In this document: positions 51,811 to 62,882 of the stretch, in pieces
Numbering within the stretch: the stretch's first letter is position 1
Layout: every line of letters starts with the position of its first letter
From: Bacteroidetes bacterium MED-G21
GTDB lineage: Bacteria; Bacteroidota; Bacteroidia; Flavobacteriales; UBA7430
NCBI GenBank assembly: GCA_002457305.1
Contig: NTKG01000002.1
Span: 1-62,882, forward strand
Length of the DNA stretch: 62,882 bases
Direction: 5' to 3'
Position numbers and translations under genes: made by a program
The notes under the pieces: model-generated
What the model was told of the DNA's origin: nothing
The model's database searches: none
Seen by the model: only the letters and a program-made list of their open reading frames with translations

Positions 51811-52164
51811 TTAGAATTTTAGTCCGCCTTCTCTAGCACCTTCGGCTAAAGATTTTATTCTTCCGTGATATAAATAGCCATTTCTATCAAAAACACATTG
51901 TGTGATTCCTGAAGCAACAGCTTTTTCAGCAAGTGCTTTACCAACAACGTTAGCCTGTTCAGTTTTTGTCCCTTTCGCTTTAACAGATTTATCAGTAGAA
52001 GCAGCTGACAACAGCGTTGTTCCTGCTAAATCATCAATTAACTGTGCGTAAATTGATTTATTACTTCTAAAAACTGAAAGTCTTGGAGTCGTAGCTGTAC
52101 CATCAATGTTCTTACGAACACGCATTTTGATACGCTTTCTTCTATATTCTTTTGACAATGCCAT
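51811..52164 (-). CDS. rplR: 50S ribosomal protein L18
   Basis: [20 protein letters not shown]...[19 protein letters not shown]. Start moved to ATG 52164, because the ORF-track extension overlaps rplF. Confidence 0.95.
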   Translation of the reverse strand: MALSKEYRRKRIKMRVRKNIDGTATTPRLSVFRSNKSIYAQLIDDLAGTTLLSAASTDKSVKAKGTKTEQANVVGKALAEKAVASGITQCVFDRNGYLYHGRIKSLAEGAREGGLKF

Positions 52165-52174
52165 AGCTTCTATT

Positions 52175-52726
52175 TTAGCCTGCAGTTTTACCTGCTTTTC
52201 TTCTAATTTGTTCACCTACAAACTTAATCCCTTTACCTTTGTATGGCTCAGGTTTTCTCAATGAGCGGATTTTAGCCGCTACCATTCCGATAAGTTGTTT
52301 ATCATGTGATGATAATTTCACAATTGGGTTTGCACCCTTTTCTGAAACTGTTTCAACTTTAACCTCAGGGCAAATTTCCATCACTATATTGTGAGAGAAA
52401 CCTAAACTAAGTTCTAATTGTTGTCCTTTATTAGCAGCACGGTAACCCACACCTACAAGTTCGAGCTCTTTTGTATACCCTTTTGAAACACCTTCAATCA
52501 TGTTGAAAATCAAAGCGCGGTATAAACCATGCTTCGCTCTTGCTTCTTTTTGATCATTAGGTCTTTCTAGAGTAACAACAGATTCCTCAACTCTTACGGT
52601 GATTGGTTCTGTAACCTGCAGAGACAATTCCCCAAGCTTACCTTTAGCAGTAACTTCATTTGATGAAGATACTTCCAAGGTAATTCCTTCAGGAATTTCG
52701 ATCGGTTGTTTACCTATTCTTGACAT
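52175..52726 (-). CDS. rplF: 50S ribosomal protein L6
   Basis: [15 protein letters not shown]...ELVGVGYRA...EPYKGKGI. Confidence 0.97.
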   Translation of the reverse strand: MSRIGKQPIEIPEGITLEVSSSNEVTAKGKLGELSLQVTEPITVRVEESVVTLERPNDQKEARAKHGLYRALIFNMIEGVSKGYTKELELVGVGYRAANKGQQLELSLGFSHNIVMEICPEVKVETVSEKGANPIVKLSSHDKQLIGMVAAKIRSLRKPEPYKGKGIKFVGEQIRRKAGKTAG

Positions 52727-52746
52727 TTTTTAACGTTTTCTTATTA

Positions 52747-53145
52747 TTAATAAACGTAACATAATACTTCACCACCCACGTTTAATGAGCGTGCTTCTTT
52801 ATCCGTCATCACACCTTTAGAAGTTGAAACGATGGCTACCCCCAAACCGTTTAATACTCTTGGCATCGAAGATGCAGACGAGTACTTACGTAAACCGGGC
52901 TTAGAAGCTCTTTTAAGAGACGTAATCGCAGGCATTTTCGTAATTGCATTGTATTTCAATGCAATCTTGATGCTCCCTTGAGCGTCTTTACTTTCGAACT
53001 TATAGTTCAATATATAACCTTGATCTTTTAAGATCTTTGTTATTTCTTTTTTTAGATTTGATGCAGGTACTTCTACGACTCTGTGATTCGCCATGATAGC
53101 GTTACGAAGACGCGTTAAGTAATCTGCTATTGGATCTGTATACAT
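52747..53145 (-). CDS. rpsH: 30S ribosomal protein S8
   Basis: DPIADYLTRLRNA...GGEVLCYVY. Confidence 0.97.
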   Translation of the reverse strand: MYTDPIADYLTRLRNAIMANHRVVEVPASNLKKEITKILKDQGYILNYKFESKDAQGSIKIALKYNAITKMPAITSLKRASKPGLRKYSSASSMPRVLNGLGVAIVSTSKGVMTDKEARSLNVGGEVLCYVY

Positions 53146-53165
53146 AATTTGTAACTTTTATCAGT

Positions 53166-53435
53166 TTACCAACTTGCTTTTTTAACACCTGGGATTAATC
53201 CAAAATTCGCCATCTCTCTAAATGTAACACGAGATATCCCGAATTGACGCATGTAACCTTTAGGTCTACCTGTCAATTTACAACGATTGTGTAATCGAAC
53301 AGGCGATGCATTTTTAGGAAGTTTTTGCAAACCTTCATAATCTCCTGCTGCTTTTAAAGCTGCGCGCTTTTCAGCATATTTTTCTACCAGTTTTTGTCTT
53401 TTAAGCTCTCTGGCTTTCATTGATTCTTTTGCCAT
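53166..53435 (-). CDS. rpsN: 30S ribosomal protein S14 (long, non-zinc form)
   Basis: [26 protein letters not shown]...KKASW; 89 aa. Confidence 0.96.
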   Translation of the reverse strand: MAKESMKARELKRQKLVEKYAEKRAALKAAGDYEGLQKLPKNASPVRLHNRCKLTGRPKGYMRQFGISRVTFREMANFGLIPGVKKASW

Positions 53436-53440
53436 CCTTC

Positions 53441-53989
53441 TTATTTTTTAAATGGTAAACCAAATTCTTTTAACAATTCAAATGCTTCTTTATCGGTATT
53501 TGCAGATGTCACTATTGTGATGTCCATACCGGTAATTTTATTCACCTGATCAATAAAGATCTCTGGGAATATAATTTGCTCTTTGACACCTATATTGTAG
53601 TTTCCTCTTCCATCAAATCCTTTAGGATTAATCCCTTGGAAGTCACGTACTGCAGGTAATGCAGTAGAAACTAAACGATCTAAGAATTCATACATACGAT
53701 CGCCTCGCAATGTAACACGAACACCAACAGGCATTCCTTTTCTTAGTTTAAAGTTCGAGATATCTTTCTTAGATAGTGTAGCAACCGATTTCTGACCAGA
53801 TATACGTGTCATTTCATCTACTGCCACATCTACTAGTTTCTTATCAGCTGTTGCTTCACCAACACCTTGATTAAGACAGATCTTCTCTAACTTAGGCACT
53901 TGCATGATGTTTTTGTAACCCATGCGCTCCGTGAGAGCCGCAACAATCTCATTGCGGTATTTCTCCTGTAGTCTTGGAGTGTACGTCAT
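53441..53989 (-). CDS. rplE: 50S ribosomal protein L5
   Basis: [12 protein letters not shown]...[20 protein letters not shown]. Confidence 0.97.
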   Translation of the reverse strand: MTYTPRLQEKYRNEIVAALTERMGYKNIMQVPKLEKICLNQGVGEATADKKLVDVAVDEMTRISGQKSVATLSKKDISNFKLRKGMPVGVRVTLRGDRMYEFLDRLVSTALPAVRDFQGINPKGFDGRGNYNIGVKEQIIFPEIFIDQVNKITGMDITIVTSANTDKEAFELLKEFGLPFKK

Positions 53990-54303
53990 TATAGAACCTC
54001 CCCTGATTTTTTAGAGTATCTCACCAACTTACCATCCTTATTCAATTTTCTTCCTATACGGCTCGCTTGACCTTTCGAATCAACAACCATAAGGTTAGAA
54101 ATATGAACAGAAGCTTCGCGCTTTACAATTCCTCCTTGAGGATTGGCTGCACTAGGCTTAGTATGCTTCGATACCAAGTTAACACCTTCTACGAAGGCTC
54201 TTCCTTTTTCGCGATCTACAGAAGTAATCTTTCCAGTTTTACCGTTGTCGGCACCAGATAGAACTTTTACTGTATCTCCTTTTTTAATGTGTAATTTCGA
54301 CAT
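53989..54303 (-). CDS. rplX: 50S ribosomal protein L24
   Basis: [24 protein letters not shown] (KOW motif). Confidence 0.96.
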   Translation of the reverse strand: MSKLHIKKGDTVKVLSGADNGKTGKITSVDREKGRAFVEGVNLVSKHTKPSAANPQGGIVKREASVHISNLMVVDSKGQASRIGRKLNKDGKLVRYSKKSGEVL

Positions 54304-54315
54304 CCTAAATCGTTT

Positions 54316-54684
54316 TTATAACACCTCTGGTGCTAGTGAAACTATTTTCATGTACTGCTTATCACGTAGTTCACGAGCCACCGGCCCAAAAACACGTGTA
54401 CCTCTCATTTGGTCAGTTGTATCTAACAAAACACAAGCATTGTCATCAAAACGAATATAAGATCCATCTTGACGGCGTACTTCTTTTTTTGTACGAACAA
54501 CGACAGCAGTAGAGACTTGACCTTTTTTTACTGTTCCTGCAGGTATTGCTGCTTTAACAGTAACAACGATTTTGTCTCCTAATGAGGCGTATCTTCTGCG
54601 AGTACCACCTAATACACGAATACAAAGTACTTCTTTGGCTCCGGTATTGTCGGCTACTTTTAATCGACTTTCCTGTTGTACCAT
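54316..54684 (-). CDS. rplN: 50S ribosomal protein L14
   Basis: [27 protein letters not shown]. Confidence 0.97.
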   Translation of the reverse strand: MVQQESRLKVADNTGAKEVLCIRVLGGTRRRYASLGDKIVVTVKAAIPAGTVKKGQVSTAVVVRTKKEVRRQDGSYIRFDDNACVLLDTTDQMRGTRVFGPVARELRDKQYMKIVSLAPEVL

Positions 54685-54685
54685 T

Positions 54686-54943
54686 TTACTTCGCTCTTTC
54701 TAGGATTTCTACTACTCTCCAATTCTTCGTTTTACTCAATGGACGTGTTTCCATGATGCGAACAGTATCACCGATATTACAATCATTTGACTCGTCATGA
54801 GCAACAAACGTAGAAGTTTTTTTCATAAACTTTCCGTACATTGTATGCTTCTCCTTTCGTTCGATAGATACAGTGACAGACTTGTTCATTTTGTTGCTTT
54901 TCACAACACCAACACGTTCTTTTCTAAGGTTTCTAGTTTCCAT
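54686..54943 (-). CDS. rpsQ: 30S ribosomal protein S17
   Basis: [32 protein letters not shown]...HDESN. Confidence 0.96.
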   Translation of the reverse strand: METRNLRKERVGVVKSNKMNKSVTVSIERKEKHTMYGKFMKKTSTFVAHDESNDCNIGDTVRIMETRPLSKTKNWRVVEILERAK

Positions 54944-54950
54944 CTTTGTT

Positions 54951-55145
54951 TTATCCTTCTAGTTCTCTTCTTCTAACTTCGGTTAGAATACGTGCAACTG
55001 TTTTCTTTGTTTCACGGATAAGGCCTGGATTTTCTATAGGAGACACTGCATGAGCTAAATTTAATTTAGCCAATGTCGCTCTTTCCTTTGAGAGTTTCCC
55101 AACCAACTCCTCAGTTGTCATTTCAATAATTACAGCTTGTTTCAT
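54951..55145 (-). CDS. rpmC: 50S ribosomal protein L29
   Basis: 64 aa, [19 protein letters not shown], position between rplP and rpsQ. Confidence 0.93.
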   Translation of the reverse strand: MKQAVIIEMTTEELVGKLSKERATLAKLNLAHAVSPIENPGLIRETKKTVARILTEVRRRELEG

Positions 55146-55173
55146 CGCTAATAATACATTTTATCGATTAAGC

Positions 55174-55590
55174 TTAAACGTAATCTCTACGGACTACGAA
55201 TTTTGTTGTTATTGGCAATTTCTGAGCTGCCAAACGTAAAGCTTCTCTTGCAATTTCCAAAGGTACACCGTCCAATTCGAACATAATGCGACCTGGTTTC
55301 ACAACAGCTGCCCAATATTCTGGCGCACCCTTACCTTTACCCATACGAACCTCTGCAGGCTTTTTTGTAATCGGCTTGTCCGGAAAAATACGAATCCACA
55401 TCTGACCTTCACGTTTCATATATCGAGTTGCTGCGATACGTGACGCCTCGATCTGACGTGATGTGATCCAACATTCTTCCAAAGCTTTAATAGCGAATGA
55501 TCCAAATGCAATTTGGTTCCCACGTCCGGCATTACCCTTCATGCGACCTTTTTGCATCTTACGGAACTTCGTTCTTTTTGGTTGTAACAT
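55174..55590 (-). CDS. rplP: 50S ribosomal protein L16
   Basis: [19 protein letters not shown]...[12 protein letters not shown]. Confidence 0.97.
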   Translation of the reverse strand: MLQPKRTKFRKMQKGRMKGNAGRGNQIAFGSFAIKALEECWITSRQIEASRIAATRYMKREGQMWIRIFPDKPITKKPAEVRMGKGKGAPEYWAAVVKPGRIMFELDGVPLEIAREALRLAAQKLPITTKFVVRRDYV

Positions 55591-55618
55591 CTTTCTTACG
55601 TTTTAGTAGATCTTATTA

Positions 55619-56338
55619 CTACTTTCTTTTTCTTCGTTGTGAGCCACCTCTAGAACCACGGTTTGATCGTTTAGGACCTTTAGACAGGGTTTCAATAGGG
55701 GTTAAATCACGTTTTCCATACAACTCTCCCTTACAAATCCACACTTTCACACCTAAAACACCGTAGGTTGTATGAGATTCAACAAGAGCATAATCAATAT
55801 CTGCACGGAAAGTATGCAACGGCGTTCTACCATCTTTATACATTTCAGAACGTGCCATTTCAGCACCATTCAAACGACCTGATACTTGAATTTTAATTCC
55901 TTCGGCACCCATACGCATCGCAGATGCTATTGCCATCTTTACCGCACGACGGTAAGAGATACGTCCTTCAATCTGACGTGCAATGGATTGGCCAACAAGT
56001 TTCGCATCAACCTCTGGTCTTTTAATTTCATAGATGTTAATTTGAACATCTTTTTGAGTCAATTTCTTTAACTCTTCTTTTAATCGATCAACTTCCGATC
56101 CACCTTTACCGATAATAATACCAGGTCTAGCAGAACAGACTGTGATAGTAACGAGCTTCAAGGTACGCTCGATAATCACTTTAGAAACGCTTGCTTTAGC
56201 CAGACGAGCATTAATATACTTACGTATTTTACTGTCTTCAGCTATTTTGTCACCAAAATCTTTTCCGCCATACCATGCCGAATCCCATCCTCTGATGATT
56301 CCCAAACGGTTCCCTATTGGATTAGTCTTTTGTCCCAT
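55619..56338 (-). CDS. rpsC: 30S ribosomal protein S3
   Basis: [20 protein letters not shown]...[12 protein letters not shown], with a basic C-terminal tail. Confidence 0.97.
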   Translation of the reverse strand: MGQKTNPIGNRLGIIRGWDSAWYGGKDFGDKIAEDSKIRKYINARLAKASVSKVIIERTLKLVTITVCSARPGIIIGKGGSEVDRLKEELKKLTQKDVQINIYEIKRPEVDAKLVGQSIARQIEGRISYRRAVKMAIASAMRMGAEGIKIQVSGRLNGAEMARSEMYKDGRTPLHTFRADIDYALVESHTTYGVLGVKVWICKGELYGKRDLTPIETLSKGPKRSNRGSRGGSQRRKRK

Positions 56339-56344
56339 ATGAGC

Positions 56345-56749
56345 TTATTCTTTTTCTGATTTACTTCCTACCACAACTGTAACGTGATTTGAACGTTTTC
56401 TAATTCTATGAGCTCTTCCTTGAGGAGCTGGTCGTAAACGCTTCAAAACTCGAGCACTATCGACTTGAATTTCCTTCACGAATAACCCACTGTCCTCCAT
56501 ACGAGCATCTTCATTCTTTATTTGCCAATTGGCAACTGCAGAAAGAAGAAGTTTCTCTAGACGAGCTGAAGCTTCTTTTGTGTTAAACTTCAAAATTTGA
56601 AGTGCTTTATTCACTTCAACTCCACGAACCAAATCTGCCACAAGACGCATTTTTCTCGGGGAAGTAGGGCAATTATTAAGCTTTGCAAAGGCCACGTTTT
56701 TACGTGATTCTTTCATCGCTTCTGCCATATTATGTTTTCTTTTTCCCAT
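56345..56749 (-). CDS. rplV: 50S ribosomal protein L22
   Basis: [24 protein letters not shown]. Confidence 0.95.
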   Translation of the reverse strand: MGKRKHNMAEAMKESRKNVAFAKLNNCPTSPRKMRLVADLVRGVEVNKALQILKFNTKEASARLEKLLLSAVANWQIKNEDARMEDSGLFVKEIQVDSARVLKRLRPAPQGRAHRIRKRSNHVTVVVGSKSEKE

Positions 56750-56767
56750 GATTAAGGCTTAATACTG

Positions 56768-57046
56768 TTATCTTTTACCTTTATCTTTTTTACCACCATG
56801 ACCTCTATAGGTACGGGTAAGGGCAAATTCGCCCAACTTATGACCTACCATGTTTTCAGTTACGAATACAGGTATGAACTGACGACCATTATGCACAGCT
56901 ATCGTTTGACCAACAAAATCAGGCGTAATCATCGAGGCTCTAGACCAAGTTTTAATTACCGATTTTTTGCTTGCCGCTGCATTTGCCAGAACTTTTTTCT
57001 CTAGCTTAAAGTGTACGTAAGGTCCTTTTTTTAGTGAACGCGCCAT
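56768..57046 (-). CDS. rpsS: 30S ribosomal protein S19
   Basis: [15 protein letters not shown]...[16 protein letters not shown]. Confidence 0.97.
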   Translation of the reverse strand: MARSLKKGPYVHFKLEKKVLANAAASKKSVIKTWSRASMITPDFVGQTIAVHNGRQFIPVFVTENMVGHKLGEFALTRTYRGHGGKKDKGKR

Positions 57047-57052
57047 AACTTA

Positions 57053-57877
57053 TTATTTCTTTCTTCGTTCAACAATATACTTATTGGTAGCCTTCTTCTT
57101 AGCACGAGTTTTATAACCCTTCGCTGGGATACCATTTCTAGAACGTGGATGTCCTCCTGAAGATTTACCTTCACCACCACCCATTGGATGATCAACCGGG
57201 TTCATTGCAACACCTCTAGTTCTTGGACGACGTCCAAGCCATCTAGAACGGCCTGCTTTACCAGATCTTTCGAGACCTCTCTCACTGTTTGTAACAACTC
57301 CAATTGTTGCTAAACAGGTAACTAGCACCATTCTTGTTTCCCCTGAAGGAAGTCTAAGAATCGCGTATTTACCTTCTCTTGCGACTAATTGTGCATAAGC
57401 ACCTGCGCTACGAGCCATAACGGCACCTTGTCCCGGACGAAGTTCAATGTTGTGGATAATCGTACCTAAAGGGATGTCACTTAAAAAAAGTGTATTACCT
57501 ACTTCAGGAGCTGCACCTTTACCAGATACAATTTTATCTCCAACATTTAGACCATTCGGAGCAATGATATACCGTTTTTCACCATCTGCGTAAACTACCA
57601 AAGCAATACGAGCCGTACGGTTTGGATCGTATTCTATTGTAGACACAGTAGCTTCCATACCAAACTTCTCTCTTTTGAAGTCTACAATACGGTAACGCTT
57701 CTTGTGACCACCACCGATATAACGCATTGTCATACGACCAGAGTTATTTCTACCTCCAGAACGCTTCATCGGTGCAAGCAAAGACTTTTCAGGTGTTGAT
57801 GCCGTAATACCATCAAAGGTATTGACCACCTTATGTCTTTGACCTGGTGTTATTGGTCTTAATTTTCTAACTGCCAT
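57053..57877 (-). CDS. rplB: 50S ribosomal protein L2
   Basis: [22 protein letters not shown]...[13 protein letters not shown]. Confidence 0.97.
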   Translation of the reverse strand: MAVRKLRPITPGQRHKVVNTFDGITASTPEKSLLAPMKRSGGRNNSGRMTMRYIGGGHKKRYRIVDFKREKFGMEATVSTIEYDPNRTARIALVVYADGEKRYIIAPNGLNVGDKIVSGKGAAPEVGNTLFLSDIPLGTIIHNIELRPGQGAVMARSAGAYAQLVAREGKYAILRLPSGETRMVLVTCLATIGVVTNSERGLERSGKAGRSRWLGRRPRTRGVAMNPVDHPMGGGEGKSSGGHPRSRNGIPAKGYKTRAKKKATNKYIVERRKK

Positions 57878-57884
57878 AACTTAA

Positions 57885-58175
57885 TTAAATATTGCCATAA
57901 AAATCAATACTCTCTCCTTCAGCTACATCAACAATAGCTTTTTTGTAAGAATTTGTTCTACCACTGATAACGCCACCTTTCGTGTTACGAGATTTGGCTT
58001 TACCAGGGTAAACCATTGTTCTAACTTTCTCTACAGACACGCCATACATTTTCTCTACGGCATCCTTGATTTCGAGTTTATTAGCTCTTCGATCAACGAT
58101 AAAACCAAAGCGATTATACTTTTCGCTTTCGTCTGTCATCTTCTCGGTAATAACCGGTTTTATAAGAATATTCAT
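57885..58175 (-). CDS. rplW: 50S ribosomal protein L23
   Basis: ILIKPVITEKMT...NKLEIKDAVEKMYGVSVEKVRT. Confidence 0.95.
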   Translation of the reverse strand: MNILIKPVITEKMTDESEKYNRFGFIVDRRANKLEIKDAVEKMYGVSVEKVRTMVYPGKAKSRNTKGGVISGRTNSYKKAIVDVAEGESIDFYGNI

Positions 58176-58182
58176 CGTCTGT

Positions 58183-58809
58183 TTAACTTAAAATGTTTTC
58201 AATTTTCTCTACTGCACCCTCAGTCAATAAAACAACACCCGAATTAAGTATAGTGTAAGTGCTTAATTCTGAAGCTGTTACAACATTTGTGTGTTGTAAA
58301 TTTCGGGACGACAAATATACATTTTTATTTGAATCCCCAAGGACCAGCAAGGTTTTTTTACCGTCAAAGCCAAGATTGCTCATCATATCTGAATACGCTG
58401 ATGTTTTAGGCGCATCAAAAGAAAAGTCTTCTAAAACAACAATTGATTTCTCTTTTGCTTTAATAGTAAAAGCAGATTTACGAGCTAAAGATTTTAACTT
58501 TTTATTTAATTTAAAAGAATAATTTCTTGGACGTGGTCCAAAAGCACGACCACCACCACGGAATACAGGTGATTTAATACTACCTGCACGTGCTGTACCC
58601 GTTCCTTTTTGTTTCTTAATCTTTCTTGTACTTCCTGAAATTTCTGCGCGTTCTTTAGACTTATGCGTTCCTTGACGTTGGTTAGCCAAGTACTGTTTTA
58701 CATCTAAATAAACAGCGTGATCGTTGGGCTCGATTTCGTAAATCGCTTTATTTAAAGAAACCTTTCTTCCGGTATCCTTACCCTTTATATCTAATACAGC
58801 TGCTTTCAT
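58183..58809 (-). CDS. rplD: 50S ribosomal protein L4
   Basis: [49 protein letters not shown]. Confidence 0.96.
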   Translation of the reverse strand: MKAAVLDIKGKDTGRKVSLNKAIYEIEPNDHAVYLDVKQYLANQRQGTHKSKERAEISGSTRKIKKQKGTGTARAGSIKSPVFRGGGRAFGPRPRNYSFKLNKKLKSLARKSAFTIKAKEKSIVVLEDFSFDAPKTSAYSDMMSNLGFDGKKTLLVLGDSNKNVYLSSRNLQHTNVVTASELSTYTILNSGVVLLTEGAVEKIENILS

Positions 58810-59426
58810 TATTTCTCGATCGTTAAGAGTGAGTTTTTCGGTCCTGGAACAGAACCTTTAACAACTAATAGGTTTTTATCCTTGATCACTTTTAAGACCT
58901 GTAGATTGGCTACAGTGACCTGATCACCTCCCATACGACCTGCCATGCGCATTCCTTTGAATACACGTGCAGGGTACGAAGCCGCACCAATAGAACCTGG
59001 AGCACGTAAACGGTTGTGCTGACCATGTGTAGCATCTCCTACACCACGGAAACCATGACGTTTAACAACCCCTTGAAAACCTTTACCCTTTGAAACACCA
59101 GTTACATCAACATATTCACCTTCGACGAAAAGCTCTACATCCACAACATCACCTAAATTTAATTCAGTTTCGAAACCATCGAATTCCTGAACTTTTACTT
59201 TAGGAGTTGTTTTTGCTTTAGCAAAATGACCTGTAAGTGCTTTACCGGCATTCTTTGCTTTCTTTTCGCCATAACCAAGCTGAATAGCCTCGTAACCATC
59301 TGTGTCGAGGGTTCTAACCTGTGTTACTACACAAGGACCAACTTCTAAAACAGTACAAGGTAAATTTTTACCTTCATCTGTAAAGATGCTCGTCATTCCT
59401 ACTTTTTTTCCAATTAAACCTGGCAT
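58809..59426 (-). CDS. rplC: 50S ribosomal protein L3
   Basis: [15 protein letters not shown]...[15 protein letters not shown]. Confidence 0.97.
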   Translation of the reverse strand: MPGLIGKKVGMTSIFTDEGKNLPCTVLEVGPCVVTQVRTLDTDGYEAIQLGYGEKKAKNAGKALTGHFAKAKTTPKVKVQEFDGFETELNLGDVVDVELFVEGEYVDVTGVSKGKGFQGVVKRHGFRGVGDATHGQHNRLRAPGSIGAASYPARVFKGMRMAGRMGGDQVTVANLQVLKVIKDKNLLVVKGSVPGPKNSLLTIEK

Positions 59427-59451
59427 TTTTATTTATTTAATGGATAACTAA

Positions 59452-59757
59452 TTAAACTTTAATCTCTACTTCTACGCCACTTGGCAATTCTAGTCTCATC
59501 AGTGCATCAACAGTTTTTGAGGAAGAACTGTAAATATCAAGTAAACGCTTGTAAGAGCTCAACTGGAACTGCTCACGCGCTTTCTTATTCACGTGTGGTG
59601 AACGAAGTACAGTATATAATCTTTTGTGAGTTGGTAATGGGATAGGACCATTAACGACAGCACCGGTAGTCTTAACCGTTTTTACGATTTTCTCAGCAGA
59701 CTTATCTACTAAATTGTAATCGTAAGACTTTAGTTTGATTCTAATTTTTTGACTCAT
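59452..59757 (-). CDS. rpsJ: 30S ribosomal protein S10
   Basis: [16 protein letters not shown]...GPIPLPT...[13 protein letters not shown]-like. Confidence 0.97.
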   Translation of the reverse strand: MSQKIRIKLKSYDYNLVDKSAEKIVKTVKTTGAVVNGPIPLPTHKRLYTVLRSPHVNKKAREQFQLSSYKRLLDIYSSSSKTVDALMRLELPSGVEVEIKV

Positions 59758-59767
59758 TGTATCCTAA

Positions 59768-61882
59768 TTAAGAGTTACCGTTAACTTTAGAAATCACTTC
59801 TTCCGCTATATTCTTCGGACAGTCATCGTAGTGCGAGAACTCCATGGTTGAAGTTGCTCTACCAGATGTTACCGTACGTAATGTGGTTACGTAACCAAAC
59901 ATTTCAGAAAGCGGTACTGTGGCTTTAATCACTTGTGCACCGTTACGTGAATCCATTCCAGCTACTTGACCTCTTCTTCTATTTAAGTCAGCTACCACAT
60001 CACCCATATTGGCTTCAGGTGTAACAACTTCAAGCTTCATAATAGGCTCCAACAAAGATGGAGAGGCTGCCTTACAAGCACCTTTATATCCTATCTTAGC
60101 AGCTAGTTCAAAAGACAAGGCATCTGAATCGACTGCGTGGAAAGAACCATCAAAAAGAGTTACTTTCAAACTATCCATTGGATAACCGGCCAAAGGACCA
60201 TTAACCATAGCTTGCTCAAAACCTTTTTGTACAGATGGTATAAATTCTCTTGGAATAGCACCACCTTTAATTTTATCAACGAATTCCAATCCTTCTTTTA
60301 CTTCTTCGCCTTCTGCCGCAACAACAGGTTCAATTGTAAACTGGATATCGGCAAATTTACCTTTACCACCAGATTGTTTCTTATACGTTTCTCTGTGGTC
60401 TACTGTACCTCGAATTGCTTCTTTATATTGTACTTGAGGTGCTCCTTGATTACATTCTACCTTAAATTCACGCTTCATACGATCAATAAGAATGTCTAAG
60501 TGAAGCTCACCCATACCTGAAATAACAGTTTGACCTGTTTCTTCATTCGTCGCAACACGGAATGTTGGATCTTCCTCAGCAAGTTTACCAAGAGCCATAC
60601 CCATCTTATCCATATCAGCCTTTGTTTTAGGCTCTACCGCAATACCAATTACTGGCTCTGGGAAGGACATAGATTCTAGAACAATTGGATGCTTTTCAGA
60701 GTGAAGTGTATCTCCGGTTCTAATATCTTTAAATCCTACACCTGCACCTATATCACCTGCACCAATATTATCAATTGCGTTTTGCTTATTAGAGTGCATT
60801 TGGAAAATACGAGAGATACGTTCTTTCTTTTGGGTTCTTGAATTCCAGATATAAGAACCTGCATCCAAGTTACCAGAATAAACTCTAAAGAAGCAAAGAC
60901 GACCTACAAACGGGTCGGTTGCAATTTTAAATGCTAAAGCAGCAAAAGGCTCAGTAACATCTGGTTTTCTTTCTTCCTCAGCTTCTGTATCTGGGTTTGT
61001 ACCTATAATAGAATCAACATCTACTGGAGATGGTAAAAACTCCATTACGGCATCAAGCACCGCCTGTACCCCTTTGTTCTTAAAGGCAGAGCCACAGAAC
61101 ATTGGTGTAATTTTCATATCGTGAACCGCCGCTTTAATAGCAGATTCTATTTCAGCTTCAGTAATGGTATCTGGATCATCAAAGAACTTCTCCATCAAGT
61201 TGTCGTCATATTCGGCAACAGACTCAATAAGTTTTTCTCTCCACTCAGCAACCACATCAACTAAATCTTCAGGAATTGGAACTTCCTCGTAAGTCATCCC
61301 TTGAGTGTCGTCATTCCAAACAATAGCTTTGTTAGAAATAAGGTCAACAACACCTTTAAAAGTTTCCTCAGCACCTATAGGCACTTGAAGTGGAACTGGA
61401 TGTGCACCTAAACGCTCTTTCACTTGAGCAACCACATTAAAGAAGTCTGCACCAGCACGGTCCATTTTATTTACAAAACCAATACGTGGCACATTATATT
61501 TGTCAGCTTGACGCCAAACTGTTTCAGATTGAGGCTCAACACCACCTACTGCACAAAATAATGCAACAGCACCATCTAATACACGTAAAGAACGTTCTAC
61601 CTCAACTGTAAAGTCAACGTGACCCGGTGTATCGATAATATTCATCTGATATTCTTGCTCTCTGTACTTCCAGAAACAAGTTGTTGCAGCAGAGGTAATG
61701 GTAATACCACGCTCTTGCTCTTGCTCCATCCAGTCCATGGTAGCTGCACCATCGTGAACCTCACCAATTTTGTGAGAAACACCAGTATAATACAATACAC
61801 GTTCTGTTGTAGTAGTTTTACCAGCATCGATATGCGCCATGATACCGATATTACGTGTAAATTTTAGATCTCTTTTAGCCAT
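59768..61882 (-). CDS. fusA: Elongation factor G
   Basis: [38 protein letters not shown]. Confidence 0.98.
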   Translation of the reverse strand: MAKRDLKFTRNIGIMAHIDAGKTTTTERVLYYTGVSHKIGEVHDGAATMDWMEQEQERGITITSAATTCFWKYREQEYQMNIIDTPGHVDFTVEVERSLRVLDGAVALFCAVGGVEPQSETVWRQADKYNVPRIGFVNKMDRAGADFFNVVAQVKERLGAHPVPLQVPIGAEETFKGVVDLISNKAIVWNDDTQGMTYEEVPIPEDLVDVVAEWREKLIESVAEYDDNLMEKFFDDPDTITEAEIESAIKAAVHDMKITPMFCGSAFKNKGVQAVLDAVMEFLPSPVDVDSIIGTNPDTEAEEERKPDVTEPFAALAFKIATDPFVGRLCFFRVYSGNLDAGSYIWNSRTQKKERISRIFQMHSNKQNAIDNIGAGDIGAGVGFKDIRTGDTLHSEKHPIVLESMSFPEPVIGIAVEPKTKADMDKMGMALGKLAEEDPTFRVATNEETGQTVISGMGELHLDILIDRMKREFKVECNQGAPQVQYKEAIRGTVDHRETYKKQSGGKGKFADIQFTIEPVVAAEGEEVKEGLEFVDKIKGGAIPREFIPSVQKGFEQAMVNGPLAGYPMDSLKVTLFDGSFHAVDSDALSFELAAKIGYKGACKAASPSLLEPIMKLEVVTPEANMGDVVADLNRRRGQVAGMDSRNGAQVIKATVPLSEMFGYVTTLRTVTSGRATSTMEFSHYDDCPKNIAEEVISKVNGNS

Positions 61883-61900
61883 CTTATTAGTTCTTAATGA

Positions 61901-62374
61901 TTAAAATCTAAAGTGAGAGAATGCCTTGTTCGCTTCCGCCATTCGGTGAACATCGGTTTTCTTCTTTACTGCTGCACCCTCTTCTCTAGAGGCTGCTAAT
62001 ATTTCGTTAGCCAATCTAAGGGCCATGGTTTTCTCATTACGCTTTCGTGTAAATGAAATTAACCACTTCATCCCTAAAGATAACTTCCTGTCTGGACGAA
62101 TTTGCATTGGTATTTGAAAGGTTGCTCCACCCACTCTTCTACTTCGTACTTCTACGTGTGGTGTAACATTTTGTAACGCTTTCTTAAAAACCTCTAATGC
62201 ATTTTCTTCGTCTCCGTTCTTTTCTTCAACGATATCAATGGCATCGTAAAAAATTCTGAACGCAGTACTCTTCTTACCATCCAACATTAAGTTATTTACG
62301 AAACGCGTTACAAGCGTATCGTTAAACTTTGGATCTGGCAACAAGATTCTTTTTTTAGCTTTTGCTTTTCTCAT
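61901..62374 (-). CDS. rpsG: 30S ribosomal protein S7
   Basis: [25 protein letters not shown]...[11 protein letters not shown]. Confidence 0.97.
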   Translation of the reverse strand: MRKAKAKKRILLPDPKFNDTLVTRFVNNLMLDGKKSTAFRIFYDAIDIVEEKNGDEENALEVFKKALQNVTPHVEVRSRRVGGATFQIPMQIRPDRKLSLGMKWLISFTRKRNEKTMALRLANEILAASREEGAAVKKKTDVHRMAEANKAFSHFRF

Positions 62375-62401
62375 TTTACTTTTTCTTCAGATTAACTCTG
62401 A

Positions 62402-62776
62402 TTACTTTTTAGGTTTTTTAGCTCCGTACTTAGAACGTCTTTGAGTACGTCCATCAACACCTGCTGTATCCAAAGCACCTCTAACGATATGGTAACGTAC
62501 TCCAGGAAGGTCTTTTACTCTTCCTCCACGTACCAAAACGATTGAATGCTCTTGTAAGTTGTGTCCTTCACCCGGAATGTATGCATTGACTTCGTTACCA
62601 TTGGTTAACCTTACCCTTGCTACTTTACGCATTGCAGAGTTTGGCTTCTTTGGTGTTGTAGTGTACACACGAGTACAAACACCTCTTCTTTGAGGACAAG
62701 CATTAAGTGCGGCCGACTTACTTTTTTTAGTAAATGTTTTACGACCCTTACGTACCAACTGTTGAATAGTAGGCAT
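62402..62776 (-). CDS. rpsL: 30S ribosomal protein S12
   Basis: [12 protein letters not shown]...[31 protein letters not shown]. Confidence 0.98.
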   Translation of the reverse strand: MPTIQQLVRKGRKTFTKKSKSAALNACPQRRGVCTRVYTTTPKKPNSAMRKVARVRLTNGNEVNAYIPGEGHNLQEHSIVLVRGGRVKDLPGVRYHIVRGALDTAGVDGRTQRRSKYGAKKPKK

Positions 62777-62832
62777 ATTGCTTTTTCGTTTATAATTCGT
62801 TTATATACAAAATCCCTAATTTTTAGGGACTG

Positions 62833-62840
62833 CAAATGTA
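62833..62840 (-). promoter_or_regulatory. Bacteroidota-type -7 box (TACATTTG on minus strand) heading the rpsL-to-rplQ superoperon
   Basis: Plus-strand caaatgta, 56 nt upstream of the rpsL ATG. A TTTG lies 19 nt further upstream on the minus strand, which is the expected -33 spacing. Confidence 0.5.
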
Positions 62841-62882
62841 TAACTTTTATGCACTTAATCAAATAGGGACAACCTTTTATTT

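Noticed and set aside
52165-52215. 17-codon N-terminal extension of rplR overlapping rplF
   Set aside because: L18 homologues begin at [10 protein letters not shown]-like sequence. The extension overlaps the 3' end of rplF, and ATG 52164 sits 10 nt after the rplF stop.

Overview
AT-rich, very gene-dense window (about 95% coding by my hand tally) with the hallmarks of a Bacteroidota (Flavobacteriia-like) chromosome. These are TAnnTTTG -7 promoter boxes 12-56 nt upstream of start codons, a Rho with a large N-terminal insertion, a Cys-less L36, a gingipain-type C25 peptidase, and a fused str-S10-spc-alpha ribosomal superoperon. Most of the window is core housekeeping. Left to right it holds thrS-infC-rpmI-rplT, recA, bcp, an ECF sigma factor, uvrA, truA, rho, secA, an ABC-F ATPase, hldD, mqnD/mqnB (futalosine pathway), PTPS-folE-fabD and rfbB. 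Then come gltA, eno, carA and 33 contiguous genes from rpsL to rplQ on the minus strand. I found no rRNA, tRNA, CRISPR array, transposase, integrase, prophage or recognisable defence or toxin-antitoxin gene. Three real genes are missing or truncated in the ORF track. One is a 395-codon partial CDS running off the left edge (1..1185, minus) that encodes a secreted Cys-rich repeat protein. The others are rpmJ (48148..48264) and the N-terminal third of infC, which starts at a non-AUG codon. Several ORF-track starts are TTG/GTG extensions that overlap promoter boxes, and I have corrected them. No clear-cut novel system is visible. The best candidates for something undescribed are: (i) a translationally coupled operon at 36440..41022 (NatAB-like ABC transporter, short Ppx/GppA, sigma-54 activator with no DNA-binding domain, very acidic 83-aa protein); (ii) a predicted outer-membrane protein built from three internal repeats (34726..36360); (iii) the secreted repeat protein and C25 peptidase pair at the left edge. 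All three rest on sequence reading plus inference and need database and structure checks.
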